Assembly (NCBI GenBank): GCA_951406725.2
Contig: OX597818.1
Span: forward strand, 14,818,001 to 14,882,000
Reading direction: 5' to 3'
DNA from: Octopus vulgaris
Lineage: Eukaryota
DNA: 64,000 nucleotides
Shown here: positions 1 through 12,375 of the stretch, one piece after another
Layout: the number at the start of each line of letters is the position of its first letter
Position numbering within the stretch: position 1 is the first letter of the stretch
The notes under the pieces: model-generated
What the model saw: the letters and a program-made list of their open reading frames with translations, nothing else
Database searches by the model: none
What the model was told of the DNA's origin: nothing
Translations under genes and position numbers: made by a program

Positions 1-2560
1 CAATTAATATTTAAGGGAATGTGCTAAAGAAGATTAACAGGAGTTAAAAATATCACCTGCACCTATCAACAACAAAACAAAGGATACTGGTCAGTTGGTC
101 CGTAAACATGCTGAATTAATGTTTGTGTATGTGTATGTGTGTGTGTGTGTATTAAAGAGCAGCTGGTATTAAGGAATCAAGATGAGCTGCACAGTTTAAA
201 ATTCCTTAGGGAATAAAATTCTCACAACAGAATTGTAAAATAATGTAATCTTATTTTAATCACTACACCAAATAAAAATCCACTCTATGTCTTGTCCCTT
301 TACAGACATTGTATTCAATGTGTACTTAAATTATCCTAACAAATAGTTTGTCTTGACTGGGTCTATTAAAAATAGTTATCTCAGCTTTATCCATGTTTCA
401 TACAACAGATTAAAAGATTAACAAAATGTTTGGTAATCTTTTAAACTGATTATATACATCTGATTCACATATTAATAATTAGAAGTACTCCATTGGGACG
501 CTAGATAAATAAACCTCAGCTGAAAGGGCTTGTGAGATTTAAATAATGTTTAAAAAGATTATTTTGAAAATTATTGTTTGTAAGTAGCATTGCAAGAAAT
601 ATGGTGCTTTTCTAATTGATGAAAATGTAAGATTGAGTAACTATTTCTTAGTAAAATCAATAATAACATTAACTGAAAAGGTCTGGCCTTGTAGGTAGGT
701 TGCTTGATTCATGATCAATAGGTCATGCTTTTAATTCCTGAAATGGGTGGCACATCCTGTCTTTGAGCAAGGAATTTCATTTCACTTTGCTCCATTCTAC
801 TTAGTTGTAATGTGTGCCAAATAGCAGATGGAGCAGCCCTTTCTCCCTTTAGGTATCATCTCATGGATATTCCACTGGATTAAATTGTGAGAGCTGAAAA
901 GATGTCCATGTCTATGCTCATGACTATATAGGCATCTAAAACAATTAGCAAAAGAACGGTACATATCATCAAACTATACTTGCACCTGAGTGATGGCCAG
1001 CAGCACTTTAAATTATTTATTAACCCTTTTGTGACTATATTGCTAATCTGTCTTTAATCTTTCACTTGTTTCAGTTATTAGACAGTAACCATGCTGGAGC
1101 ACAACTAATAACTGCATTTCTTATGTGTTTCGATTAATCTTCAGTATGACCAGGATTTAAAATTGGTAATCAAATTCATATCTCACAAAAATATACTTAT
1201 TTTATATTATTAGTCTATAATGGCATACTGCTTCCACATCTGCAATGGTACTTGTGTTACATTCATACACTCCTAACTCACTTGTCTTTCCTCCTTCCAT
1301 TACATATTCTGTGTCTTCTCCCAGTAACCAAAATGTCTTTGAGTGAGCTTGATCCATCAAGTATTCTCTTTAAAGTCTTTTATTTCATATGTATGAGTTC
1401 TTGCTTTAAATTACATGAATTTAGAATTCTAGCAATATTCATTCAAAATATTCTACACATTTTATGTTCAAACTGGCCATATGCAGCCTCTCACACCTAC
1501 CCTACTATATCATTCTAAAACTAAACAATCACCTCATTGAAATCTCAAAGCTACAAGATAATGATTAACTAAAAAACAATGTGAATAAATAAGCATAACA
1601 TTTGACAAAGTAATCTGAATAAAGGGATAAAGAGATATGTGAGGAGCAGTTACCAGAGACTTTGCAGTACTTTCCAAAGTGGTGAGATTGTTATTATTAT
1701 TATTGTTGCTGTTATGAGGTCAGCCATGATTGAGCAGGTCTAGGATGGATGATATTTCAGATGTGATTGTCATTTTTTTTTGTATATCCATGACTACAAA
1801 GTCCCCCACTATTCCCAACAGACTATTGTTACATCCTATTCCTCACAGGAAGAGGTCATACTGACACCCTGCCCCCTACTAACTTTTGATTGGAATTTAG
1901 TATAAACTTGAAATTTCACATGATGGTAAGCCAATGCAAGTGCTTTTAATTTTTTGTATTGAATTGGCTACTGTCATCATCATCATCATTTAACATCCAT
2001 TTTCTATGCTGGCATTGGTTGGATGGGTTGACAAGAGCTGGCCAGTCTCCAATTGTCTGTTATAGCTTGGTTTCTATGGCTGGATGCCCTTCCTAATGCC
2101 AACTACTTTACAAAGTGTGTTGGGTGCTTTTTACATGCTAGTGGCACAGGTACTTTTACATTGAACTGGCACAAGTACATTCTAAGTGGCATTGGCACCC
2201 ACAAGATAAAGACCTCTCAGGTGGCAGAGGGAGTAGGAACATGGCCAAAGGACATGCTTGTATGTAATGTCATAAATTCTGCTGACATCAGCATTTTTTA
2301 GGCAACCTTCCAAAAATAATAAACCTTAACTGTGAACATGCTAACCTGTCTATGTGGATTCTTAAATTAGCCTTGGAATGTTGTACAGCACTTATATTAT
2401 AAGGTTATACATAGTATTTGCAATCTAATTTAAATGACTCTTCCCATAAAAATAGTTATTTCAGGAGACAGGTGGTTTAGGCAACAGAGGTAAATGAAAT
2501 AAAGCTATTTTCATATGGAACTTTATTACACCTCCAGAAATGTAGATAACAACAAACAAA

Positions 2561-2960
2561 TAGGTGTAGGAGTGGCTGTGTGGTAAGTAGCTTGCTCACC
2601 AACCACATGGTTCCGGGTTCAATCCCACTGCGTGGCACCATTGGGCAAGTGTTTTCTACTATAGCCTCGAGCCGACCAAATCCTTGTGAGTGGATTTGGT
2701 AGATAGAAACTGAAAGAAGCCCGTCGTATATATGTATATATATATGTGTGTGTGTGTTTGTCTCTCTGTGTTTGTCCCTCCAACATCGCTTGACAACCGA
2801 TGCTGGTGGGTTTACGTCCCCATAACTTAGCAGTTCGGCAAAAAAGACTGATAGAATAAGTACTAGGCTTACAAAGAATAAGTCCTGGGGTCGATTTGTT
2901 CGACTAAAAGGTGGTGCTCCAGCATGGCTGCAGTCAACTGACTGAAACAAGTAAAAGAGT
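2561..2960 (+). mobile_element. Major ~400-bp tRNA-derived SINE copy
   Basis: A box TGGCTGTGTGGT, B box GGTTCAATCCC, TTGGGCAAGTG block, central (TA)n(TG)n, 3' GACTGAAACAAGTAAAAGAG. Confidence 0.92.
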
Positions 2961-3521
2961 AGATGATGACAATACTCTTGTGTTGACCTTATAACAGTCT
3001 AGTATAACAGTCTAGTATAACAGTCTAGTATTACATTAGCAAAAAGAAATCACATATAAATCACATAGCAGCATACACATAGATGCAATTTCCATAATTC
3101 AAGAAGGTGGGAATGTGATGACAGACTTGTAAAATTTAAAGAACATATGCATAAATATATAAAAGTTCAAAAAACCATGCCAAATGTATTAAAACTGAAA
3201 GTCACAAACCCTCACTATCACAATTTCTGCTGTTCTGAAAACATTTTTTTTAAAAATACAGTGGTGGTCATCATGAACCCTCCATCCAACTTGGATTAAA
3301 GATGGATTATATGATCTGAAGAGATTTTGCTGCTATTTCTAGCAAATCAAGATCCTGTAGAACAGTGGTTCCCAATCATTTTTTACCGATGGATTCCTTT
3401 GATTACTATTTTATTTGCATGGAACCCTATAGCCATTTGATGCTTAGAAGTTAGTTTTATAGCTACGTCTTTCAAAATTCCTAATTGGTTTATCACAAAT
3501 CCACTTCTGTAGGTTGAACTT

Positions 3522-3880
3522 TTATCCTTTACTTGTTTCAGTCATTTGACTGCGGCCATGCTATGGCACCAACATGAAGAGTTTCTTGGTTGAACAAATC
3601 AACAGTGGGACTTATTCTTTTAAAGCCTAGTACTTATTCTATTAGTCTTTTTTGCTGAACTGCTAAGTTATGGGGACATAAACACACCAACACTGGTTGT
3701 CAAGCAGTGGTAGTGGCGGGACAAACACCAACATGAAGACTCACACACACACATACATATGACAGGCTTCTTTCAGTTTTCCTCTCCCAAGGCTTTGATT
3801 GAGCCAAGGGTATAGAAGAAGACACTTGCCCAAGGTGTCACACAGTGAGACTGAACCTAAAACTATGTGATTGGAAAGCA
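3522..3880 (-). mobile_element. Major SINE copy (diverged)
   Basis: Reverse-complement match to the 2561 copy. Confidence 0.85.
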
Positions 3881-3897
3881 AGCAAAATTTATTTTCA

Positions 3898-4295
3898 TAG
3901 GCGCAGGAGTGGCTGTGTGGTAAGTAGCTTGCTTACCAACCACATGGTTCCAGGTTCATTCCCACTGTGTGGCACCTTGGGCAAATGTTTTCTACTATAG
4001 CTTCAGGCCAAGCAAAGCCTTGTGAGTGGATTTGGTAGATGGAAACTGAAAGAAGCCCGTCATATCTATGTATATGTGCGTGTGTGTATATGTTTGTGTG
4101 TCTGTGTTTGTCCCTCCAACAACTTGACAACCGATGCTGGTATGTTTGCGTCCCTGTAACTTAGCAGTTCAGCAAAAAGAGACCAATAGAATAAGTACTA
4201 GACTTATAAAGAATAAGCCCTGGGGTTGATTTGCTCTACTAAAAGGCAGTGCTCCAGCATGGCTATAGTCAAATGGCTGAAAGAAGTAAAGAGAG
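3898..4295 (+). mobile_element. Major SINE copy
   Basis: Same A/B boxes, central microsatellite and tail. Confidence 0.92.
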
Positions 4296-4917
4296 AGACA
4301 CATGAAATACTACTGTGGACTTAATTTACTATTTTGCTTGTGTGGACTTCACCAAAAGGTTTATATGGACTCCAATATGGGAACCTGGTTGAGAATCACT
4401 GTTGTAGAAGTTCCCTCATACATGAGAAGATTTAGGTGCTGTTTCTAGCATGTGATTCACTACATAGATGTTCCTTCATAGAACTGGAAAGGTTAATACA
4501 GTTGATGTTTAGCTCCAACATATCAAGGCTGAGTCTGAAAACAAAAAAGCTTGACTTAACCTGAATTTGTTAATGTAAAGACATCTCTTTTCGCTACTAA
4601 TGACTAAGGCTAAGGCAAAATTATTTTATCATATTATTGAAACAGACTGCCAACTTTGAAACACTTGAAATAGCATAAATGAGATTATTGATGGAAATTT
4701 TTGACAAAATCTATGATAGTTCCAAAACAGTCATGACAACTAAATGTTGATAACACTGCTAAATAGTTCCTTTAAGATTACAATAGATAAGTGACAGAAT
4801 ACTTCTTTAGATATGAACAATGGATGTTATAAATTTTTTCATTGTCTTCATTGGTGAAGCTGCACAGCCTATAGTTAGGGTAATTAGCTTATGACCATAA
4901 AGTTATGTTTGATTGAT

Positions 4918-5330
4918 TAGGTGCAGGCATGGCTGTGTAGTTAAGAAGCTCACTTTGTAATCATGTGGCTTCTGATTCAGTCCCATGGCGCAGTATCTTG
5001 GGCAAGTGTCTCAGGCTAACAAATACCTTTTGTGTGAATTTGGTAGATAGAAACTGTGGAGAAGCCTTGTGTGTGTGTGTGTGTGTGCATGTGAGTGAGT
5101 GAGTCAGTCAGTCAATCAGTCTGTCAGTGTGTGTGTATGTGTTTATCACCTCCACCTCTGCACAGCAACTGGTTTTGGTTTGTTTACATCCCTGTAACTT
5201 AGCAATTCATAAAAAAATAACAAAAAAGATAGAATCCAAATTTAAAATTAAGTCTTGGGGTCAATTTGTTTAACTTCAAGTCAGTGCTCCAGCGTGGCTG
5301 CAGTCCAACAACTGAAATGAGTAAAAAGTA
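4918..5330 (+). mobile_element. Major SINE copy (older subfamily)
   Basis: Diverged but collinear with the other copies. Confidence 0.8.
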
Positions 5331-6728
5331 ACTTCATTTTACATTATTACTGTCTACTCAAAAGTAATGAATACCAACCAGGTAATTATTACATTTGAGT
5401 ACCTGTGACACTGACCTGTTACTCCAGATGGAACCAATGAATTAAAAGAAACATTTAAAAACAAAATAATTTGTTATAAGAGTCAATATCGTGTTCTGCT
5501 CTCAGATCTTGACTTCGGGCAGGAAATTTTCTAGAACAAAATTATGACCATTATAAGAATTTTATAAGCTTTTGAGAGAATGTGAAATAATTCTCATTTA
5601 GAACAAAAGGATCTTGGAGTACATCACATACAGGTATAGATAATAGTATATAAAAATTTTATTGAAAAACCCTTTAAGGTTATTCAGCCCAATATTGACA
5701 TACTATTATTTATAGCTTTATGTGATATGCCTTGTTATAAATAACAGCATGAAAATAATGGGCTGAAAAACCCTTCCTGGTTCTATCCAAAAAGGGTTTC
5801 TTACAATATTTGCATGCTATTATTTATAGCTTTATGTAATGTGCATTGATAGCCAGTGTTTTAGAAAAGAATTAACTGACCTTTGTGTTATGTTAACTGG
5901 TTAGGTCAGCTTAATACAGTTTGCATCAACCGCACTTCTTATATTGGATATATAACGTTAACAATGATGTGGTTGCTTAATCCTTCCAATACAGTCATCC
6001 TTGACTGAGTAGACCTATGATCAAAAGCATTTCAGCCTTGACTGTCCCATCATCGTCGCATTTACCTGGTGACTAGGTCTGAGATTGTGCATTAAAACTG
6101 AAGGAATTTCAGTTGTTGAAGGGCCATTTGAGCTAACTCCACACTTCTGTTGCAACAACAACTATGTCCAGTAGTATAGCTGGGTGGAGTGAAGTCTGCC
6201 CTGGACAACACTTTTATGGGAGTGGCACTTTTGGGTCTGCTTAATAATTCTGTATAGACTCATGGGGCTGTGGGTGAAAGAGCAAGGAAAAGCAAGGGCT
6301 GCCCCAGGCAACACATATTGTAGCTATACCACTAACAAGGCTGCAATCTAGTGGCAAAATATTTGACATCTTAGGAAATAAATGAAAAGTGAACATTTTA
6401 TTTTTTACATAGAAAGCGAGGCAATACCTACAGCTCTCCCCTGGGCATCTGAGATTAATCAGAAAGATAACCTCAAACTGGACACCTGGCATAAATGCAT
6501 GCAGTGGAGTGGACTCTGCCAAAGGCATCCAGAGTCCCATACAGTTGTGCGAAATTGAGCAATGGACCTGATCTACCATCCACATAAGCCATGGTGGGAT
6601 TAGAACTCAGAACATGAAGATCCATAACTATACCCCCAGGTATGATGTTCTTACAGTTCCACCAATTCCCCATCTTAGATTAGTACCATTTCTTTTTTTC
6701 TTTTTTTTGTAAGTTTATGATCATAAAA

Positions 6729-7200
6729 AAAGCGGGAGTAAATTGTCCTTAAAACATTGAAAGTGAATTGAGATAAAAGCCATACATAATAGGCGCAGGA
6801 GTGGCTGTGTGGTAAGTAGCTTGCTAACCAACCACATGGTTCAGGGTTCAGTCCCACTGCGTGGCATCTTGGGCAAGTGTCTTCTGCTATAGCCCCGGGC
6901 CGACCAATGCCTTGTGAGTGGATTTGGTAGACAGAAACTGAAAGAAGCCTGTCGTATATATGTATATATATATGTATGTGTGTGTGTGTTTGTGTGTCTG
7001 TGTTTGTCCCCCTAGCATTGCTTGACAACCGATGCTGGTGTGTTTACGTCCCCGTCACTTAGCGGTTCGGCAAAAGAGACCGATAGAATAAGTACTGGGC
7101 TTACAAAGAATAAGTCCCGGGGTCGATTTGCTCGACTAAAGGCGGTGCTCCAGCATGGCCACAGTCAAAATGACTGAAACAAGTAAAATAGTAATAGTAA
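6729..7200 (+). mobile_element. Major SINE copy (young, CpG-rich)
   Basis: Near-consensus sequence. Confidence 0.93.
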
Positions 7201-7558
7201 AAAAATAGTATAATGTCAGTCTCTTACCCACATACACTACTTTTACTTTTTTTAGAACAATATACTTTCACTTTTTTACAACATCAAACTGCATTTTCTT
7301 TTTTATATATCAACCTCAAAAAAGATGAAAGGCAAGGCTGACCTCAACAGGATTTGAACTCAGAATACTTAATCCCTGTGAGACATTCTATCCTACACCC
7401 CAGTGACTCAGCCAATTCTCTGCCTATGAGTTAACAAGTTTATGCATCTTCTTAGATGTTCATGAAGAATTTATTATTTCATCATTTTTTAAAGATATAG
7501 TGCATCAAGGACTACATCATCTTATGTTTTCACTCCTTAAGGTTATCTCTGCTTACAT

Positions 7559-8173
7559 GTGAATGTTCTGTTGGAATAAACTATACTGCAGCAAATACTA
7601 TGAGAGGAACTCTCATTTGGCTTTTGGTGCAACACTTTTATGGGAGTGACACTTTTGGATCTGCTTTATAATTCTGTACAGACTCATTGGGCTGTGTGTG
7701 AAGGAGCAAGGAAAATATTGGTTTTTGGTGCAAAAACGTTTTGGAGTTTATATCGCTAATTAGATGAATCACCACCACCTCCAATGTTGAGACCAGCAGA
7801 TCATGTGATTTTGACCTTCCTTGGCCTTATCAGTGCTGGACATTTGTCTACTAAAGACGGCAGTGACTCATCCCAGTACTGGAGTTGGCAGGGATTTATC
7901 TCCTTGACACTCTCGGAGTGGTTGGCATTAGGAAGGGCATCCAGCTGTTGAAGCACTGCCAGATCAGATTGAAGCCTGGTGCAGCCATCTAGTTCGCCAC
8001 GCCTCAGTCAAATCATCCAACCCATGCTAGCATGGAAAGTGGGCGTTAAATGATGATGATGATGATGATGATGATAGCAACATAAACAAGAGCGTATTTT
8101 GCACCAAAAGCCAATATGAGAGTGTCTCTCATGGTATCTGCTGCAGTATAGTTTGTTCTAACAGAACATTCAC
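7559..8173. mobile_element. Long-TIR fold-back element
   Basis: 7559-7632 is the reverse complement of 8099-8173 (GTGAATGTTCTGTT..GGCTTTTGGTGCAA). Confidence 0.75.
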
Positions 8174-8795
8174 AGGAGTGGCTGTGCGGTAAGTAGCTTC
8201 CTTACCAACCACATGGTTCCGGGTTCATTCCCATTGCGTGACACCTTGGGCAAATGTCTTTTACTATAGCCTCAGGCCGACCAAAGACTTGTGAGTGGAT
8301 TTGATAGATGGAAACTAAAAGAAGCCCGTCGTATATATGTATGCCAGTGGCACGTAAAAAGCACCAACCGATCGTGGCCGTTGCCAGCAGTACATAAAAA
8401 GCACCCACTACACTCACGGAATGGTTGTCGTTAGGAAGGGCATCCAGCTGTAGAAACACTGCCAGATCAGACTGGAGCCTGGCGCAGCCTCCTGGCTTAC
8501 CAGACCCCGGTTGAACCGTCCAACCCATGCTAGCATGGAAAACGGACATTAAACAATGATGATGTGTGTGTGTGTGTGTGTATATGTTTGTGTCTGTGTT
8601 TTTTCCCCCAACATCGCTTGACGACCGATGCTGGTATGTTTACGTCCTCATCACTTAGCGGTTCGGCAAAAGAGACCGATAGAATAAGTACTGGGCTTCC
8701 AAAGAATAAGTCCTGAGGTCAATTTGCTCGACTAAAAGGTGGTGCTCCAGCATGGCCACAGTCAAATGACTGAAACAAGTAAAAGTGTAAAAGAA
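8172..8795 (+). mobile_element. Major SINE copy with a (GAT)n-tailed RTE-type element (8341-8563) in its central microsatellite
   Basis: The two SINE halves flank GGAAGGGCATCCAGCTG...CATGCTAGCATGG..GATGATG. Confidence 0.88.
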
Positions 8796-9039
8796 TAAAA
8801 AAGTATTCAAGTGGGGATAAATATTATCTCTCAGTATTAATTCTGCCTCTGTCACTAATATACATTTTTAACACTCTTTAAGATGTATAGGATGAGATTT
8901 GGCTGCTATTTCTAACTAGTTAAACAATCACCTAGAGATCACCTGATTATCTTAACCAGTATGACAGATATAATGGAACAAACGATGATAAAGTTTAAAC
9001 ATAGTGACAATGCTATATTTACAATTTTTACCAATGTCT

Positions 9040-9540
9040 TTGGTGATGCAAATCATGATAAAAGGTTATGATGGTCGTGGTGGTGGTCGTGGTGGTGGGG
9101 GTGGGGGTGCTGGTGATGATTGTAAGGAGATGACAATGAAGATGGTAATGATAATGGCAGTGGTGATGGTGGTAGTGATTGTGAGAATAGTGATAATGGC
9201 TGAGAATGGTGATGATGGTGATGATGGTAGTGATAATTGTGAAAATGATGAAGATTGTTAGATGATGGTGGTGGTGACGATGGTGGTGGTGGTAATTGGG
9301 GGAATGGTGATGAAGACTTGATGGCAATGATAATTATGATGGTGATGGTGGTGGGAGATGATGATTATGATGAGGAGGAGGTGGCAGAGAAGGGGAGGAG
9401 GAGGAGAAGCGGGGAGGAGGGGGATGAGATGAGGAGGAGGATGGCAGTGGTGGTGAGAATGTTGATGAAGATGATTGAGGATTGTGGTGATGATGATGAT
9501 GATGATGATGGTGATGATAATGATGATGGTGATGGAGATA
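9040..9540. repeat. Degenerate (GAT/GGT/GAG)n trinucleotide array
   Basis: Direct inspection. Confidence 0.9.
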
Positions 9541-9973
9541 GCAGATGCAACAGCTAAGCAAGTGTGTGCAGTTCCAGATAAACCCTAACAGTTACCTATC
9601 TATTCATGTGTCACTCAAAGCTCAAAACCTTTCTCTCAACACAAACACTTCATCAAAAACCAACAAAGCATGATTTCTTCTATAAAACATTAACAATTAA
9701 CAAATCGTAGATTTGATGAGAGAACAATTGCAGAACCATTTCCCTTTCATCTTCTGTCTTCACAGAAAGGTTTCTTCTTGATAATAGATTTTTATTATTT
9801 TTCTTTTTGTTTTAAAATAAATATTTTTCCTTTTCTTCTTTTAATTAATGTAGGAAATGTATTTAAGCACATGTATGGTAGTAAATGTGATAATATACAA
9901 ATATATGCTTAAATAAATATATACATATATTTGATTTAAAAACTTGTTTTCACTGTATTTCTTGTTATGAAAG

Positions 9974-10008
<35 letters not shown>

Positions 10009-10484
10009 AAGCATTGTGATTTTAATCAAATACATATATTTATAAACAATTTATGAACACACATACATATATATGTGTATGTATATATTTGTGTATGTAT
10101 GTATGTGTGTGTGTGTGTGTATGCTTCTGTGCATGTGTGCATGTGTGTAATTTATTCTCATCCTCAATGTACATTATATTGAATTTTAATCTTTTAATAC
10201 TTAAATCCTTTTATGCACAAATAATGATTATAAGACCCAACAGGTTTTGAATTAGTTTATGGTTCAGAAACCATGTCAAAATCTGATGTAATTTATTATA
10301 TATATTTTTTTTATTTGATGTTTGTATGGTTGTTTTCTAGTTTACAACACAAAACAGTATTGTTAATAGTTGCAATTTATGATGCCCAACACTTCAGTTT
10401 CATGGAAGAATAGAGAGAATTAGTGATGTGTATGCCTTTCTCTGAAGTATAAAGTAAGGAATAAATATTTGAAACTGATTTTTG

Positions 10485-11003
10485 CGGAATTATGATTTAT
10501 GCACCCAATATACCCTCCCTCATAACTTTTGGGTGGGTGGGGTAATTTTTAGAAAACTTTTGTGAATTTGTGTTCTACACATGGGAATTCATACAATTAT
10601 GAAACAAAAGATTTTTTTTGTGTGCATGATTTAAGGGCGATTTAGCTGTTATTTTTTAACACATCTCATGACCACCTTATACCGTGCTCATTTCTTTGCC
10701 ACTCTGACATGTATTGATGGTTTTCATGATGCACTCAAGGGTGGACCACCACGGGGATTTAAGCAAAAAATTTAAACTGTATGTATTTTAAATTCTGATT
10801 TTAAAAACAAAATTTGAAAAAAACTGGAAATTTTAGGATTTATGGAGGTGGTGGTGGGGTTAAATGATTAAAAAACATTTTATTTTTTTCATAATCATAT
10901 GAATTCCCAAGTGCAGAACGCACATTTGCAAACTCTTCCTGAAAATTCCAAAAAATAAAATGTTATGAGGGATTATATGGGGTGCTTGAACAGAATTCTG
11001 CCC
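10485..11003. mobile_element. Old MITE with ~130-bp imperfect inverted ends
   Basis: GCACCC..CCCTCATAAC..TGGGAATTCATA..ATTATGAAA mirrored at 10885-11003. Confidence 0.6.
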
Positions 11004-11184
11004 AGATTTTTATCTGTATTGTCATTCACGAAGCATGGCCTATAAGAGGATGGAGTAGTACAGTAATAAAGAGAAAGGTGTGCAAGATATGTAGACCATC
11101 ACTTGGTTCTTGGATGCTTTTTGTAAATTTCACTCTGTTTATGCGATTTATACCAGATCTCCAATTCCTTCTATGGACATGTTT

Positions 11185-11282
11185 TCATAGTAAATAGTTA
11201 GGCTTGACATTTGTTACAGTATCACCTGCCAGGGGAAACTCTGCCATGGTAAGAGCAGGTTCTTTCTCTGACCTCTGAATAG
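11185..11282 (-). CDS. Weak candidate terminal exon of a minus-strand gene (IQRSEKEPALTMAEFPLAGDTVTNVKPNYLL*)
   Basis: Strong acceptor tttttttatag, an open frame to TGA, and non-repetitive, GC-elevated sequence. No homology recognised. Confidence 0.3.
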
Positions 11283-12229
11283 CTATAAAAAAAATTAAAA
11301 AATAAAAACTATCAGCTGCTCTTACTCATGATTGCCAATGATAGACTGTTCAATATTGAATGGCCATTGTGGACTCTTATGCCTGAGACAATATCAGTTT
11401 ATGTGAATATGAATCATATATTTCTTTAAAGAGAGGCTTCTGGTTCGCCTACCATATTAATTTCACATAATAAATTATCTTTAATCTTTAGAAAGTTTTT
11501 CATGTAGATTTTCATAAAAATTTATTGTCCTTCACAAATGACAAATCAACTTCTCTTCTTACATAAGATCTTACTCCTGTCATGTTAACACTAAAGAATA
11601 TAAAACGACAATATAAACACTATTCTTTATAATAATCTAAGCAAGAATAGGGTTAAATATAATGATTATAATAAAGAATTGGATCAATTTTGATAATTAA
11701 AGGTCTTTTTTGTTTGAGTATACAATTTGAAATAAAAGAAGGGAAAGGAAAACTTTCCTAAAAGTCCCAATTAGTATATTTTAACAACATTATAATCTAT
11801 TATAACAATATTATAATATATTTAATCTAATTAAATTATATTAACTCATTTATTAATGATGATTTATTTTGATAATAAAACTTTTATTTATTATAGAGTT
11901 GAAAAATGTGAGTATATAAGTTGAATATAAATACAGTAAGCACATTGGCTTACTGTGGAAATGAAATCCAGGTCATGTGAATATATTCAGCCTTAAAACA
12001 CCACTCTGTAATAATGCCCACTGAGAACCATACACTATTGGGCCTTAAGTACACTACAGATCATGCTTTCATGCAGTGTATCTAAAGAAAAAAAACATCC
12101 TGACAAACTTATTCCCATACAAACTATATTCACAGGAATGAGTTAAACTTAGTGCTGCAAAACAACAAAATGTTCAACATTTAGCAGTTGTCCCACCACT
12201 TAAAAAGATAAGCAGCAGTTTTATAAGAA

Positions 12230-12375
12230 TTGCCTGAGATGCATGAAGGCAATATGAGGCATGTAATGCTTGTCTTGGAGTGCATGTCACAAACTGCATA
12301 AAATCTAGAGTTCTAAGATAGCACATAAATTACATTGTTTGTGTCCACTATAGAGTCAGTTTTGTTATACAATCC
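12230..12375 (+). pseudogene. Possible old RTE-X LINE fragment
   Basis: LFVSTIESVLLY motif; otherwise highly decayed. Confidence 0.35.

Larger units (their letters stand above)
3363..4401. mobile_element. Non-autonomous hAT (Charlie-like) element containing two head-to-head SINEs
   Basis: TIRs CAGTGGTTCCCAA and TTGAGAATCACTG. TSD CTGTAGAA/TTGTAGAA, 7 of 8 matching. Confidence 0.8.

Noticed and set aside
2477-2950. Recurrent ORFs ...YDGLLSVSIYQIHSQGFGRPEAIVEDTCPRCH...EPCGW (also at 3933, 6675, 8202, 16798, 22670, 60823)
   Set aside because: These are antisense translations of the major SINE. Frames and stops differ between copies, so this is not a gene family.
9004-9561. His-, Asp-, Gly- and Ser-rich ORFs on both strands
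   Set aside because: Artefacts of a degenerate trinucleotide microsatellite.
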